64,000 bases of DNA from Candidatus Zixiibacteriota bacterium (GTDB lineage: Bacteria > Zixibacteria > MSB-5A5 > GN15 > FEB-12): contig JAJRSF010000003.1 of NCBI GenBank assembly GCA_024278935.1, forward strand, positions 3,730 through 67,729. The letters run 5' to 3'. The position numbers and the translations under genes are program-made. This document shows, piece after piece, positions 55,227 to 64,000 of this stretch (position 1 is its first letter; every line of letters starts with the position of its first letter). The notes under the pieces were generated by a model. That model worked only from the letters and a program-made list of their open reading frames with translations. It ran no database searches and had not been told where the DNA came from.

Positions 55227-56276
55227 TTAAGCGATAGTTACATCATCACAAAGATAAACATCCTGGATAGCATGAAGCAACTCGGCTCCCTCTTTCATAG
55301 GACGCTGGAACGCTTTCCGACCAGAGATAAGTCCGGTACCACCGGCACGTTTATTAATCACTGCTGTTTTGACTGCTTCGGCTAAATCGGTCGCACCCGA
55401 TGAAGCCCCTCCTGAGTTGATAAGCCCTGAACGACCCATGTAACAATTTGCTAGTTGATAACGAGTCAAATCAATTGGGTTATCAGTTGTCAGTTCAGAG
55501 TAAACTTTTGGATGTGTCTTGGCAAATTTAATTGCATTAAAACCACCGTTTGATTCTGGAAGTTTCTGCTTGATAATATCTGCTTCAATAGTCACACCAA
55601 GATGGTTCGCTTGGCCGGTCATATCAGCTGAAGTATGATAATCTTTATCAGCTTTAAATCCCGGATTGCGTAAGTAACACCAAAGGACAGTAAACATACC
55701 AAGCTCATGTGCGTAGCTAAATGCTTCGGCAACTTCCTGCAACTGACGCATAGATTCATCAGAACCAAAATAAATAGTTGCACCAACACCTGTAGCGCCA
55801 AGATTATAAGCATCTTTTACAGAAGCGTACATAACTTGGTCAAATGTATTTGGATAAGTCATAAGTTCATTATGATTCAGTTTGACAATAAATGGAATCC
55901 GATGTGCATATTTCCGTGAGACAGCACCTAAGACACCAAATGTCGATGCTACCCCATTACAGCCACCTTCAATTGCCAATTCGATAATTTGTGCCGGATC
56001 AAAATAGATCGGGTTCGGGGCAAACGATGCACCGCCGGTATGTTCGATTCCCTGATCAACAGGCAGAATTGATACATTCCCTGTGCCTGCCAAACGACCG
56101 GTGTTAAAAAGCCAATTCATCGAACGCAACACATTTGGTGTGCGATCAGATTGGGCTACAACATCGGTTACAAATGTAGGGCTGGGAAGATATAAATTTG
56201 ATTTGTCTATTGTTTTACATTCATGAGTAAGAAGTGATTTGTCATCACCTAATAATTCTTCAATTTTTGTAATCAT
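55227..56276 (-). CDS. fbaB: Class I fructose-bisphosphate aldolase (FbaB/DhnA type)
   Basis: Collinear with E. coli FbaB ([69 protein letters not shown]). ATG 56276 follows GGAG; the track start 56291 is also possible. Confidence 0.9.
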   Translation of the reverse strand: MITKIEELLGDDKSLLTHECKTIDKSNLYLPSPTFVTDVVAQSDRTPNVLRSMNWLFNTGRLAGTGNVSILPVDQGIEHTGGASFAPNPIYFDPAQIIELAIEGGCNGVASTFGVLGAVSRKYAHRIPFIVKLNHNELMTYPNTFDQVMYASVKDAYNLGATGVGATIYFGSDESMRQLQEVAEAFSYAHELGMFTVLWCYLRNPGFKADKDYHTSADMTGQANHLGVTIEADIIKQKLPESNGGFNAIKFAKTHPKVYSELTTDNPIDLTRYQLANCYMGRSGLINSGGASSGATDLAEAVKTAVINKRAGGTGLISGRKAFQRPMKEGAELLHAIQDVYLCDDVTIA

Positions 56277-56425
56277 GGTCAACTCCATCAATTATAATTC
56301 TCTTAACTAATAAAAAATAATTCATTTCTATAGTAAAGGCAACATTTTTGTGCAAAATGACGTATATTCACTATTATAATAAAGTTATCGGCAAAAATAT
56401 TCAGATACATATAGGGAAAAAGCGT

Positions 56426-57316
56426 ATGATAGCAATTGAAAACCTCCGAAGAAGCTACGGCAATATCACCGCAGTAGATGACCTCTCTTTTGAAATCCAA
56501 AAAGGTGAAACTTTTGGGTTGCTCGGACCAAACGGAGCCGGCAAAACAACAACAATTAATATGATTGTCGGTATTTTAAAACCTGATACTGGCAGTATAA
56601 AGCTCAATGGAGAGGCAGACCCGACCCAAAAAGAGATACGAAGGCAAATTGGCAACACCCCCCAAGCTTTAGCAATTTATGAAGACTTAACTGCCGAAGA
56701 AAATCTGCTCTTTTTTGGTAAGCTGTATAATTTAAGAGGAGCAAAACTGAAAGAACGAGTCAAATATTGTCTTGATTTGGTTGGACTTACAAATCGTAAA
56801 GATGATTTTGCTAAAACATTTTCAGGTGGCATGAAACGAAGACTCAACCTTGCTGCCGCTATTATCCACGAACCACAAATACTTCTTTTTGATGAGCCAA
56901 CAGTTGGGGTTGACCCGCAATCACGGAATTTCATTTTTGAAAATATAGAACAGATGAAATCTGAAGGTAAAACTATAATATATACGACACATTATATGGA
57001 AGAAGCCGAACGACTTTGCGACCGTATCGCCATTGTCGACCAAGGGAAAATTCTTGAGATAGATTCTGTCGACAATCTAATTGATGCCCATGGTGGTAAT
57101 TCGACCATTGTCGCTGAACTTACTTCATCTCAAAGCAGAGAGAACTTATCTAAGTATCAAATCAAAGATAATAAAATTAGCATAGAAACAGATAGTCCGA
57201 TAGATATCATCAATGAGCTTTCTGCTTTAGATATTAAATTTAAATCTATACACATTAACAGACCTGATTTAGAAAAAGTATTTTTAAACCTAACAGGGCG
57301 GAGGCTGAGAGACTAA
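56426..57316 (+). CDS. ABC transporter ATP-binding protein (ABC-2 exporter type)
   Basis: Walker A GPNGAGKTTT, signature FSGGMKRRL, Walker B ILLFDEPTVGVD. Start chosen at MIAIENL. Confidence 0.9.
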   Translation: MIAIENLRRSYGNITAVDDLSFEIQKGETFGLLGPNGAGKTTTINMIVGILKPDTGSIKLNGEADPTQKEIRRQIGNTPQALAIYEDLTAEENLLFFGKLYNLRGAKLKERVKYCLDLVGLTNRKDDFAKTFSGGMKRRLNLAAAIIHEPQILLFDEPTVGVDPQSRNFIFENIEQMKSEGKTIIYTTHYMEEAERLCDRIAIVDQGKILEIDSVDNLIDAHGGNSTIVAELTSSQSRENLSKYQIKDNKISIETDSPIDIINELSALDIKFKSIHINRPDLEKVFLNLTGRRLRD

Positions 57317-58623
57317 TGAAACCTATTCTAACTCTAGCACTAAAAGATATTAAACTGCTGACTCGAGACAAAGCAGGTCTATTCTGGATAATCGGGTTCC
57401 CACTCCTCATGGCATTACTATTCGGAGCAATCTTCGGCGGTTCCGGTGGAGGATCTGTATCATCGGTAAAAATTGCAATAGCAGATGAAGACAAAACTGA
57501 ATACTCGCAAAAATTTATTGAAAATCTCTCCGCATCTGAAATGCTTACTGCTGTGTATACAACATCAGACTCTGCCTTCGCATTAGTACTCAAAGGTAAG
57601 AGAACTGCTTTTATAAAAATAAATAAAGGTTTCACACAAGCACAAAACAGTTTCCAAACGGACAGCTCTTTTTTGGAACTCGGAGTCGACCCATCAAAAC
57701 GGTTTACTTCGGAACTTATCAAAGGGATAATTATAAAAACTTCTTTTGAAATGATGATGGCAAACTTCTCCAACCCGCAAGGTATGCTGAGTGGTATTAC
57801 TGAAGAGATGAAAACTATTGACACCAGTTCATCGATGACTGGCGATCAAAAGAAGATTTACAAAAAGTTTTTCTCTGGTCTGGAAACATTTATCGATGGA
57901 TTTGACAGTAGCATCGTGCTGGGAAGTTCAGGAAGTACAAGCGATTCAGGTCAATCAGGCAGTTCATTTATGGAAGGACCTAAAATTAAAAAAGTCGATG
58001 TCACCAAAAGCACAATCGGCGATCCACGCAACGCTTACGAAATAACTTTTCCGGCAGCAATACTCTGGGCATTAATAGGATGTACATCGGCATTTGCGGT
58101 TTCAATTGTAACTGAAAAAACAAAAGGAACCTATACCCGCTTACGTATAGCTCCAATTAGTCGCACACAAATTTTAGCCGGTAAAGGACTCGCCTGTTTT
58201 ATTACTATCATATCGGTCTCATCTATATTACTTCTCTTAGGGAAAATCGCCTTTGACGTAAGATTAGATAATTTACCGTTTCTCGCAATTGCACTCTTTT
58301 CCTCGGCATTTTGTTTTGTCGGACTTATGATGTTCATATCTGTCATCGGTAAAACAGAACAATCAGTCGGCGGAGCGGGCATGGCTATCATGCTTATCAT
58401 GTCGATTACCGGCGGAGGGATGATTCCTCTGTTTGCGATGCCAAAATGGATGATTACCGTTTCTAATTTCTCATTTGTCAAATGGGGAATTGTGTCGCTC
58501 GAGGGAGCTATCTGGCGAGGATACAGCTTTAATGAAATGATGCTACCGGTAGGAGTGTTGTTAACTTCAGGTCTGATTTTATTCTCTATTGGTGTTTTTA
58601 TCTTAACCAAACGTGATGGATAA
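57316..58623 (+). CDS. ABC-2 family transporter permease
   Basis: 435 aa. N-terminal TM, a large extracytoplasmic loop, then 5 C-terminal TM helices. The ATG overlaps the ATPase stop by 1 nt. Confidence 0.75.
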   Translation: MKPILTLALKDIKLLTRDKAGLFWIIGFPLLMALLFGAIFGGSGGGSVSSVKIAIADEDKTEYSQKFIENLSASEMLTAVYTTSDSAFALVLKGKRTAFIKINKGFTQAQNSFQTDSSFLELGVDPSKRFTSELIKGIIIKTSFEMMMANFSNPQGMLSGITEEMKTIDTSSSMTGDQKKIYKKFFSGLETFIDGFDSSIVLGSSGSTSDSGQSGSSFMEGPKIKKVDVTKSTIGDPRNAYEITFPAAILWALIGCTSAFAVSIVTEKTKGTYTRLRIAPISRTQILAGKGLACFITIISVSSILLLLGKIAFDVRLDNLPFLAIALFSSAFCFVGLMMFISVIGKTEQSVGGAGMAIMLIMSITGGGMIPLFAMPKWMITVSNFSFVKWGIVSLEGAIWRGYSFNEMMLPVGVLLTSGLILFSIGVFILTKRDG

Positions 58624-58654
58624 TTATTATTTTATTTCGATAAAATTTTACGCA

Positions 58655-58683
58655 TAAAAAAAGGAACAGGCAAGCCTGTTCCT
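58655..58683 (-). terminator. Terminator hairpin between convergent permease and POT genes (T run on the minus strand)
   Basis: AGGAACAGG-CAAG-CCTGTTCCT with an A7 run on the plus-strand 5' side. Confidence 0.6.
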
Positions 58684-58735
58684 TATAATAAATTGTACCG
58701 ACAGAGCATTGCCCTATCTCTATTTATAGAATTCT

Positions 58736-60187
58736 CTAAACGCCTTCTTTGTCTTCAGCTTTTTTCACCCATTGGGCATAAAATAACATCATCACTGCCG
58801 AGACTAAGCCAATCGCAGCAAAGCGGTACCAAATTGTATATGGGTCATATTCTGTCCATAAAATATTGGTCACCTCCTGATGATTCTTTCCGGTCACCTC
58901 AACAAGTTTATTCATCGCATCGGTTCTGGCAATATCTGTCAGTTGGAAATTATTAGCAAGATAGTCAATCGCCAAATTAGCTTTATCACCCTGAGTTTCA
59001 TAGACATCGCCGGCAACTTTGGAACCAATCGCCCAACCGATACCTGTCGGAATATTTGCGTAGCCCATGTAGAGACCTTTTTGACCTTCAGGAGCAATCA
59101 CACCAAGATAGTCATTCATCTTCGGCGAGGCGAGCATTTCACCAACTGAGAACATCATGATTCCCATCAAACACATAGACCCGGCAGTTGTAAACCCAGC
59201 AACAATTAGACCTAAAGAACCCAAAACAATTCCAAGTACAATCGATGTTATCCGTCGCATTTTAGAAACTAACCAAGAGACAAACACAACCGAGACAACA
59301 ATCAGCCCGGCATTAATATTTATCATCCACTCTTGAGAAATCTGAGCTCCACGAAGCGAATTTTTCTGAAGCATAAAATCAGGTATCCCAAATGATTTTA
59401 CAACAGCCGATGAATCAACCCAATCTACAATAAAGTTCGGAAGCATATCAAAGAGCTGCATAAACATCAGCCAGAAACCTGACATGATAAGTATAAAAAC
59501 AATCAACTTCAGATTCATGAAATTTTTAATTGTCATTACAAATGTATCTAACATAGAAGCAGTCTGGTCACCGCCTGCTTCCGGATCTTTGTAAGTAAAG
59601 AGCATCAAGAAGTTAAGCGAGACAATACCGGCACAACCATAAAAGACGGTGTCCCATCCCCAACCCAACAGAAGTCCTGCAAGTGGAGGTCCTAAGAACC
59701 CGCCGATATTTACAAGCATATAAAAAGTACCCCAACCAACCGATGAGTTTTCTTTGGTCATCGACTGACACATAGTACCCTGCACACCCGGTTTAAATGT
59801 TGCGGTACCTAAAGCGAGAATACAACAACCTGTCAAGAATGGCCAAAATGCTGTCTGCGTAGCCATCATAATATAGCCGATAACTTTTAAAACTATCGAT
59901 ATCGAGATAGTTTTTTTATAACCATACCTATCGGCGAACCCACCTGTTACTAATGGAGGGAATGATTGGAAAATTGCCCACCAGAAAAAGATAATTCCTT
60001 TATCAATGTGAGAAAAATGAAGCCCGCCGACTTCATCAGCCTGAGCAATATAAATTGGAATAACAACCCGAACGCCATAGTACGCCAGACGTTCAAACAT
60101 CTCCATGATGTTGACCATCCAGAACGGGCGGTTAAGCGATGCCAGTTGTTGGGTGAGTGGTATTTTTTGTGCAGTTGTAGATGACAT
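58736..60187 (-). CDS. Proton-dependent oligopeptide transporter (POT/PTR2 family MFS)
   Basis: 483 aa, polytopic. Contains the POT signature ExxERFxYYG as EMFERLAYYG in TM1. Confidence 0.85.
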   Translation of the reverse strand: MSSTTAQKIPLTQQLASLNRPFWMVNIMEMFERLAYYGVRVVIPIYIAQADEVGGLHFSHIDKGIIFFWWAIFQSFPPLVTGGFADRYGYKKTISISIVLKVIGYIMMATQTAFWPFLTGCCILALGTATFKPGVQGTMCQSMTKENSSVGWGTFYMLVNIGGFLGPPLAGLLLGWGWDTVFYGCAGIVSLNFLMLFTYKDPEAGGDQTASMLDTFVMTIKNFMNLKLIVFILIMSGFWLMFMQLFDMLPNFIVDWVDSSAVVKSFGIPDFMLQKNSLRGAQISQEWMININAGLIVVSVVFVSWLVSKMRRITSIVLGIVLGSLGLIVAGFTTAGSMCLMGIMMFSVGEMLASPKMNDYLGVIAPEGQKGLYMGYANIPTGIGWAIGSKVAGDVYETQGDKANLAIDYLANNFQLTDIARTDAMNKLVEVTGKNHQEVTNILWTEYDPYTIWYRFAAIGLVSAVMMLFYAQWVKKAEDKEGV

Positions 60188-60279
60188 ATATGCATACCTG
60201 TTGTTTTAATGTTTGTTTATTTATGAATGTTAATAACGGAAATGTTGATAGTAGAGTCAAGCTGTGATATTTATGCTTT

Positions 60280-60339
60280 TGTAGGGGTGAACCTATGTGT
60301 TCACCTAGATTTGGGGAGACACATAGGTCTGCCCCAACA
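60280..60339 (+). repeat. BIME-like doublet of GTAG-headed hairpins, second copy
   Basis: tGTAGGGGTGAACCTATGTGTTCACC...GGGGAGACACATAGGTCTGCCCCAACA. Alignable with 40518-40577. Confidence 0.7.
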
Positions 60340-60344
60340 TAATT

Positions 60345-61199
60345 TTACAAATATTTCGCAAGCCATGCTTTGCGATGCACGTCGATTTCTTTATAGGAAC
60401 CATCTTTGAGAGAAATATGCCCTCCGTCTTGGATGACTTTAAACTCGTGGGGGTGTTCTAAACGTGTCAATTTTTTTGCCATTGACTCAGAATGCAAAAT
60501 TGAAACCGCTTTGTCGTTTGTGCCATGCATCAGAAGTATCGGACACTCTTTGTTAAATTTATCAGCAATATACACACCCGATAGCGATGACAACTTTGCA
60601 GTCCGTTCATCGGGTGGAAGGTCTGTCGTAATTTTGTCTATCAACTTGGCAAACCGTTCATCTTCTTTTGCCAACTCAAAAACATCAGCGATTCCTGCGT
60701 GTATCATCGCACATTTAAAACGATGCTCTCGTGCCAAGGCTCGGTAGGTTGTCATCCCTCCACGACTGGCACCCTCGATAGCAACCCGGCTCATATCTGC
60801 CTGCGGAAGTTCTTCGGCGACTCCAAGCATCTTCAATGCATCGTCGACATCTTTGCCCCCCCAATCTTCCGATGCATCCCCGCCCATGTTGCCACGGTAC
60901 TGCGATGCAACCACGACATAACCCCAGACGGCTGTTGATGCTAAAATCAAAAATGATGTCAACTCTTCAATAGCACCTGAGTCTTTGTAGCCACCACGGT
61001 TCCAAAGCAGGACAGGATAGTTGCCAGCTTCTTTTGGAAATGCAACATACCCTTTGATTTTGAGACCACCTGAAAGATAGGTTATGTTTTCGACTATTGT
61101 ATTTTCATAGACAGATTTGTCATACAGCTTTTCAATCATAGATTTCTGAAAAGCATTGGCAGTTACAATCTGTCGTTCTGTTATTATTGTGTTAGGCAT
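60345..61199 (-). CDS. Alpha/beta hydrolase, S9 prolyl-oligopeptidase / dienelactone-hydrolase-like
   Basis: Nucleophile elbow GASRGG, acid in HGTNDKAV, His in DGGHIS. 284 aa. Confidence 0.7.
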   Translation of the reverse strand: MPNTIITERQIVTANAFQKSMIEKLYDKSVYENTIVENITYLSGGLKIKGYVAFPKEAGNYPVLLWNRGGYKDSGAIEELTSFLILASTAVWGYVVVASQYRGNMGGDASEDWGGKDVDDALKMLGVAEELPQADMSRVAIEGASRGGMTTYRALAREHRFKCAMIHAGIADVFELAKEDERFAKLIDKITTDLPPDERTAKLSSLSGVYIADKFNKECPILLMHGTNDKAVSILHSESMAKKLTRLEHPHEFKVIQDGGHISLKDGSYKEIDVHRKAWLAKYL

Positions 61200-61787
61200 T
61201 TATTTTTTACGTTTTCTCTTATAATTCTTAACGATGTAAAAGCCATAGAAAAAATAAAGTGAAGCAGATAAAGAAACCAAAAATATTATAGGAGCAAAAA
61301 ATGATTTTTCTTCTTTTTCAGAATCTATCGTATCTGACAAATACAAAAAAGTGTCTGTCTTTGTTGTAATTTCCCAAAGCTTAATTTTATCACAATCAAT
61401 CATTTTTTCAACATCATTATTTTTTATTTTACATGTAAACTTTTCACCAACTTTGACATTATCAACAAACGCTTTTTTATGTAAATCAGAAAGCATTGCT
61501 CTTCCAAGAGTAAACTTTCCACAAAACTCTTTAACTTCAATGTTGTAATAAGTTCTTTTTAAATTTCCAGTAACTTCAAATTTTATTAAAGTATATTGCT
61601 TACTAACAAAATCATTAGCAGTTGGTATTTCAAGAGCCATAAATATATTTGCTGACCATATAATTCCAATTAAAGAAAATAACCCTAAGAAGAAATACAA
61701 ATACTTAACTTTTCTTGTTTCTTTAGGATGTTCTTCTATTGGATCTGTAAAGGATTTTGTTATTTTATCTTTTAATTTTTTAAACAT
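61200..61787 (-). CDS. Hypothetical membrane protein
   Basis: 195 aa with two hydrophobic helices near the termini. The stop abuts the start of the downstream hydrolase gene. Confidence 0.4.
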   Translation of the reverse strand: MFKKLKDKITKSFTDPIEEHPKETRKVKYLYFFLGLFSLIGIIWSANIFMALEIPTANDFVSKQYTLIKFEVTGNLKRTYYNIEVKEFCGKFTLGRAMLSDLHKKAFVDNVKVGEKFTCKIKNNDVEKMIDCDKIKLWEITTKTDTFLYLSDTIDSEKEEKSFFAPIIFLVSLSASLYFFYGFYIVKNYKRKRKK

Positions 61788-61885
61788 TTTTAATTTTTTC
61801 TCCCTGTTTCGTTAGATAAGATGTCGGGTTCTGCATTCGCTAAAGTGAACAGTTGGAACCCGACCTACTATCTATCGTCAACTGG

Positions 61886-61951
61886 GTAGCCTACCCCTTG
61901 GGGTAGGTTTCTATTCTTGAAAAGTTCCACACCCTAAAGGGTGTGCCACCC
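61886..61951 (+). repeat. Two-hairpin GTAG-headed element, short variant
   Basis: GTAGCCTACCCCTTGGGGTAGGTTTCTATTC...CCACACCCTAAAGGGTGTGCCACCC. It is preceded by an inverted GTAG hairpin at 61823-61868. Confidence 0.65.
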
Positions 61952-62062
61952 ATTTCTGGATTCCCAATCAAGTTGGGAATGACATTAATAAAAAATTATA
62001 AATAGGTAACCATCTTCAAGTTGTATCTACTTTCCCAAAATACAATAAAAGAAGCATAGCTT

Positions 62063-63460
62063 CTAAAACTTCGCCCAGCGTGGAACTCTTGGGAATGAGA
62101 TAACGTCGCGGATGTTTGCCATACCGGTGATATACATTATCAACCGTTCAAAGCCAAGACCAAAACCAGCATGCGGACAGCTTCCATATTTGCGAAGTTC
62201 AAGATACCAGTAGTATGATTCCATGTTGTCCATCTGTTTTTTATCTATACGATTTTGTAAAACATCCAAGCGATGTTCACGTTGCGATCCACCGATAATT
62301 TCTCCAACACGAGGAACTAGTACATCCATACCCCGCACAGTTTTTTCATCATCGTTAACATACATATAAAACGGTTTGATAGTTTCCGGATAGTCATACA
62401 CAATGACAGGTTTTTTCATAACTTCTTCAGTCAAAAACCGTTCATGTTCCGTCTGCATATCAATTCCCCACTTGACCGGGAAATCAAATTTCTTATTGGA
62501 ATCTTCGAGTAATTTGATAGCATCGGTATATGATATCCGTTCAAAATCAGAATCTAAGACTGACTGCAGTGAACCGATAAGTTCTTTATCAATCCATTGA
62601 CCAAAAAATTTCATATCATCGGCACACTCATCAAAGGCAAACTTGATAAGATACTTAATAAAGTTTTCAGCCAAATCCATATTGTCAGTCAGCTCCGCCC
62701 ACGCCATCTCAGGTTCGATCATCCAAAACTCCGATGCATGACGAGCTGTGTTTGAATTCTCAGAACGGAATGTCGGACCAAAAGTATATATGTCACCCAT
62801 GGCAGTTGCTAAAATTTCACCTTCAAGCTGACCCGAGACAGTAAGGTATGCTTCCGACCCAAAAAAGTCAGAGTCCCAATCAATGCCACCATCTTTTTCC
62901 GGAATGTTTTTAAAATCCAAAGTCGAGACCCGAAACATATCGCCGGCTCCCTCACAATCAGAGGTTGTAATAATCGGCGTATGGATATAATAGAAACCTT
63001 GGTCCTGATAAAATTTGTGTACCGCATAAGCAAGTTTGGAACGCATCCGAGTCACGGCACCATAGGTATTGGAACGAGGACGAAGATGTGCTATCTCGCG
63101 AAGGTATTCCATCGAGTGCCGTTTTTTCTGAAGCGGGTAGCTGGAATCTGCCTCACCGACTATATCAATTGAAGCACCTTCGATTTCATATTTCTGCCCT
63201 TTCCCCTGCGACTCGATCAGTTTCCCTTTGACTCGCACAGAACAACCGGTGGTGACTTTTCCAAGCGTATCGTTGCTCGATGGGTCGCCATACACAGCCT
63301 GGATATTGCCCATGCAGGAACCATCGTTGATATCTACAAATGCAACTTCTTTACTGACACGACTTGAACGCACCAAACCTAAAATTGTAACTTCGGTCCC
63401 AATAGCAACTTTATCTTCAAGAAGTATATGTGCTATTTTTGTTCTAATTTTGTAATCCAT
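62063..63460 (-). CDS. asnS: Asparagine--tRNA ligase
   Basis: 465 aa. N-terminal OB fold and a class IIb core (FRSENSNTARHASEFWMIEPE, GGSQREHR, HAGFGLGFERLIMYITG). C-terminal FPRVPRWAKF. Confidence 0.92.
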   Translation of the reverse strand: MDYKIRTKIAHILLEDKVAIGTEVTILGLVRSSRVSKEVAFVDINDGSCMGNIQAVYGDPSSNDTLGKVTTGCSVRVKGKLIESQGKGQKYEIEGASIDIVGEADSSYPLQKKRHSMEYLREIAHLRPRSNTYGAVTRMRSKLAYAVHKFYQDQGFYYIHTPIITTSDCEGAGDMFRVSTLDFKNIPEKDGGIDWDSDFFGSEAYLTVSGQLEGEILATAMGDIYTFGPTFRSENSNTARHASEFWMIEPEMAWAELTDNMDLAENFIKYLIKFAFDECADDMKFFGQWIDKELIGSLQSVLDSDFERISYTDAIKLLEDSNKKFDFPVKWGIDMQTEHERFLTEEVMKKPVIVYDYPETIKPFYMYVNDDEKTVRGMDVLVPRVGEIIGGSQREHRLDVLQNRIDKKQMDNMESYYWYLELRKYGSCPHAGFGLGFERLIMYITGMANIRDVISFPRVPRWAKF

Positions 63461-63881
63461 TTTTAACCTCTATATTTTCAAAAATCTTTTTTTCAAATTA
63501 TTCAAGTCCCTTCGACTCCGCTCAGGGTGACTTGTTTAAGTAAATTTTATATTAAGCATCTAATAAAGCTAATTATCGGTTTTCTTGCAAGAAATTAAGC
63601 TCTGTTTCAACATTAACATAAATTAACAGATTTAATGAAACTAAAATACTCAAATATCAGTATAAGAGATAGATAAAGAAAATAGTTTCTAACTGGATAT
63701 AGATTCTATATAGCTCACATTTATTAAAAATAGTTTTTAAAGTTCCCAACCTATCATACAACAATCCCTTCAGGCATCGAGAGTGTTTGAGGGGATTTTC
63801 TTTATCCGCTGATACTTATCATATATCATGCTGCCCCCATAAATTGTAAGCTTGTCAAAAAATGACTCAGATAAAACAAAA

Positions 63882-63913
63882 CCCTCAAACATTAAGCCTG
63901 TTTGAGGGTCTTT
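63882..63913 (-). terminator. Terminator hairpin downstream of tRNA-Lys (potentially bidirectional)
   Basis: ACCCTCAAAC-loop-GTTTGAGGGT flanked by T runs on both strands. Confidence 0.55.
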
Positions 63914-63940
63914 TTATTAAAACGATAATAATCAAAAAAA

Positions 63941-64000
63941 TGAGGGTGGATGGAATCGAACCATCGACAACCTGCTTAAAAGGCAGATGCTCTACCCCTG
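63941..64000 (-). tRNA. tRNA-Lys (anticodon UUU), 5' end cut by the window edge
   Basis: The reverse complement reads ...CAGGGGTAGAGCATCTGCCTTTTAAGCAGGTTGTCGATGGTTCGATTCCATCCACCCTCA. Anticodon loop CTTTTAA; T arm GGTTCGATTCC. Confidence 0.85.

Noticed and set aside
26640-61990. CRISPR array interpretation of the recurring palindromic repeats
   Set aside because: The repeats are not regularly spaced, occur singly or as inverted doublets in separate intergenic regions, belong to several sequence subfamilies and lack uniform spacers. No cas genes are present.
63461-63881. Possible small RNA gene in the 480-nt ORF-free region between asnS and tRNA-Lys (hairpin AATCCCTTCA...TGAGGGGATT at about 63766-63800)
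   Set aside because: I recognised no conserved ncRNA signature (tmRNA, RNase P, SRP or 6S). The region is AT-rich with one dispersed repeat motif. There is not enough evidence to call a gene.

Overview
A 64 kb, visibly AT-rich bacterial window (GC not computed). Most real genes have Shine-Dalgarno-like sites and TTGACA/TATAAT-like promoters. At least four secreted proteins end in Por/T9SS-type C-terminal sorting domains and sit near a PorV/PorQ-like barrel, which suggests an uncultivated FCB-superphylum lineage rather than classical Bacteroidota; this lineage call is inference only.

Layout:
- 1-16.7 kb: a surface-glycan/EPS locus. It holds a CapK/PaaK-like ligase, three GT4 glycosyltransferases, three paralogous membrane-anchored hexapeptide acyltransferases, a beta-helix protein and an FN3-repeat protein. 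It also holds a four-gene operon encoding an aaRS-like amino acid:[carrier protein] ligase, its carrier protein, a large GNAT-like protein and an acyltransferase.
- 16.9-24.1 kb: a PorV-like barrel, a ~1100-aa CTD cargo gene with a disrupted reading frame, and a TonB-dependent receptor.
- 24.5-41.5 kb: housekeeping genes (tRNA-Glu, pruA, ispG, coaD, lysS, fumC, an rqcH-like gene and a stand-alone Smr gene), interspersed with GTAG-headed hairpin (REP/BIME-like) repeats.
- 41.7-51.0 kb: a 3085-aa secreted giant. It has about 23 Cys-rich Ig-like repeats, poly-Asp/Glu and (Asp-His)n tracts, cohesin-like and dockerin-like modules and a T9SS CTD.
- 51.4-64 kb: an M1-peptidase homologue lacking the zinc ligands, an M48 protease, fbaB, an ABC-2 exporter, a POT peptide transporter, an S9-like hydrolase, asnS and a partial tRNA-Lys.

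Five genes, including the essential ispG and lysS, are broken by what look like single-base deletions; four fall in A runs of 4-7 nt and one in an AA dinucleotide. This argues for systematic homopolymer under-calling rather than real pseudogenes.

Best candidates for undescribed biology are the carrier-protein aminoacylation operon inside the glycan locus, the giant repeat protein, the rqcH/Smr neighbourhood and the ligand-less M1 homologue. No CRISPR array, integrase, transposase or recognisable defence system was seen.
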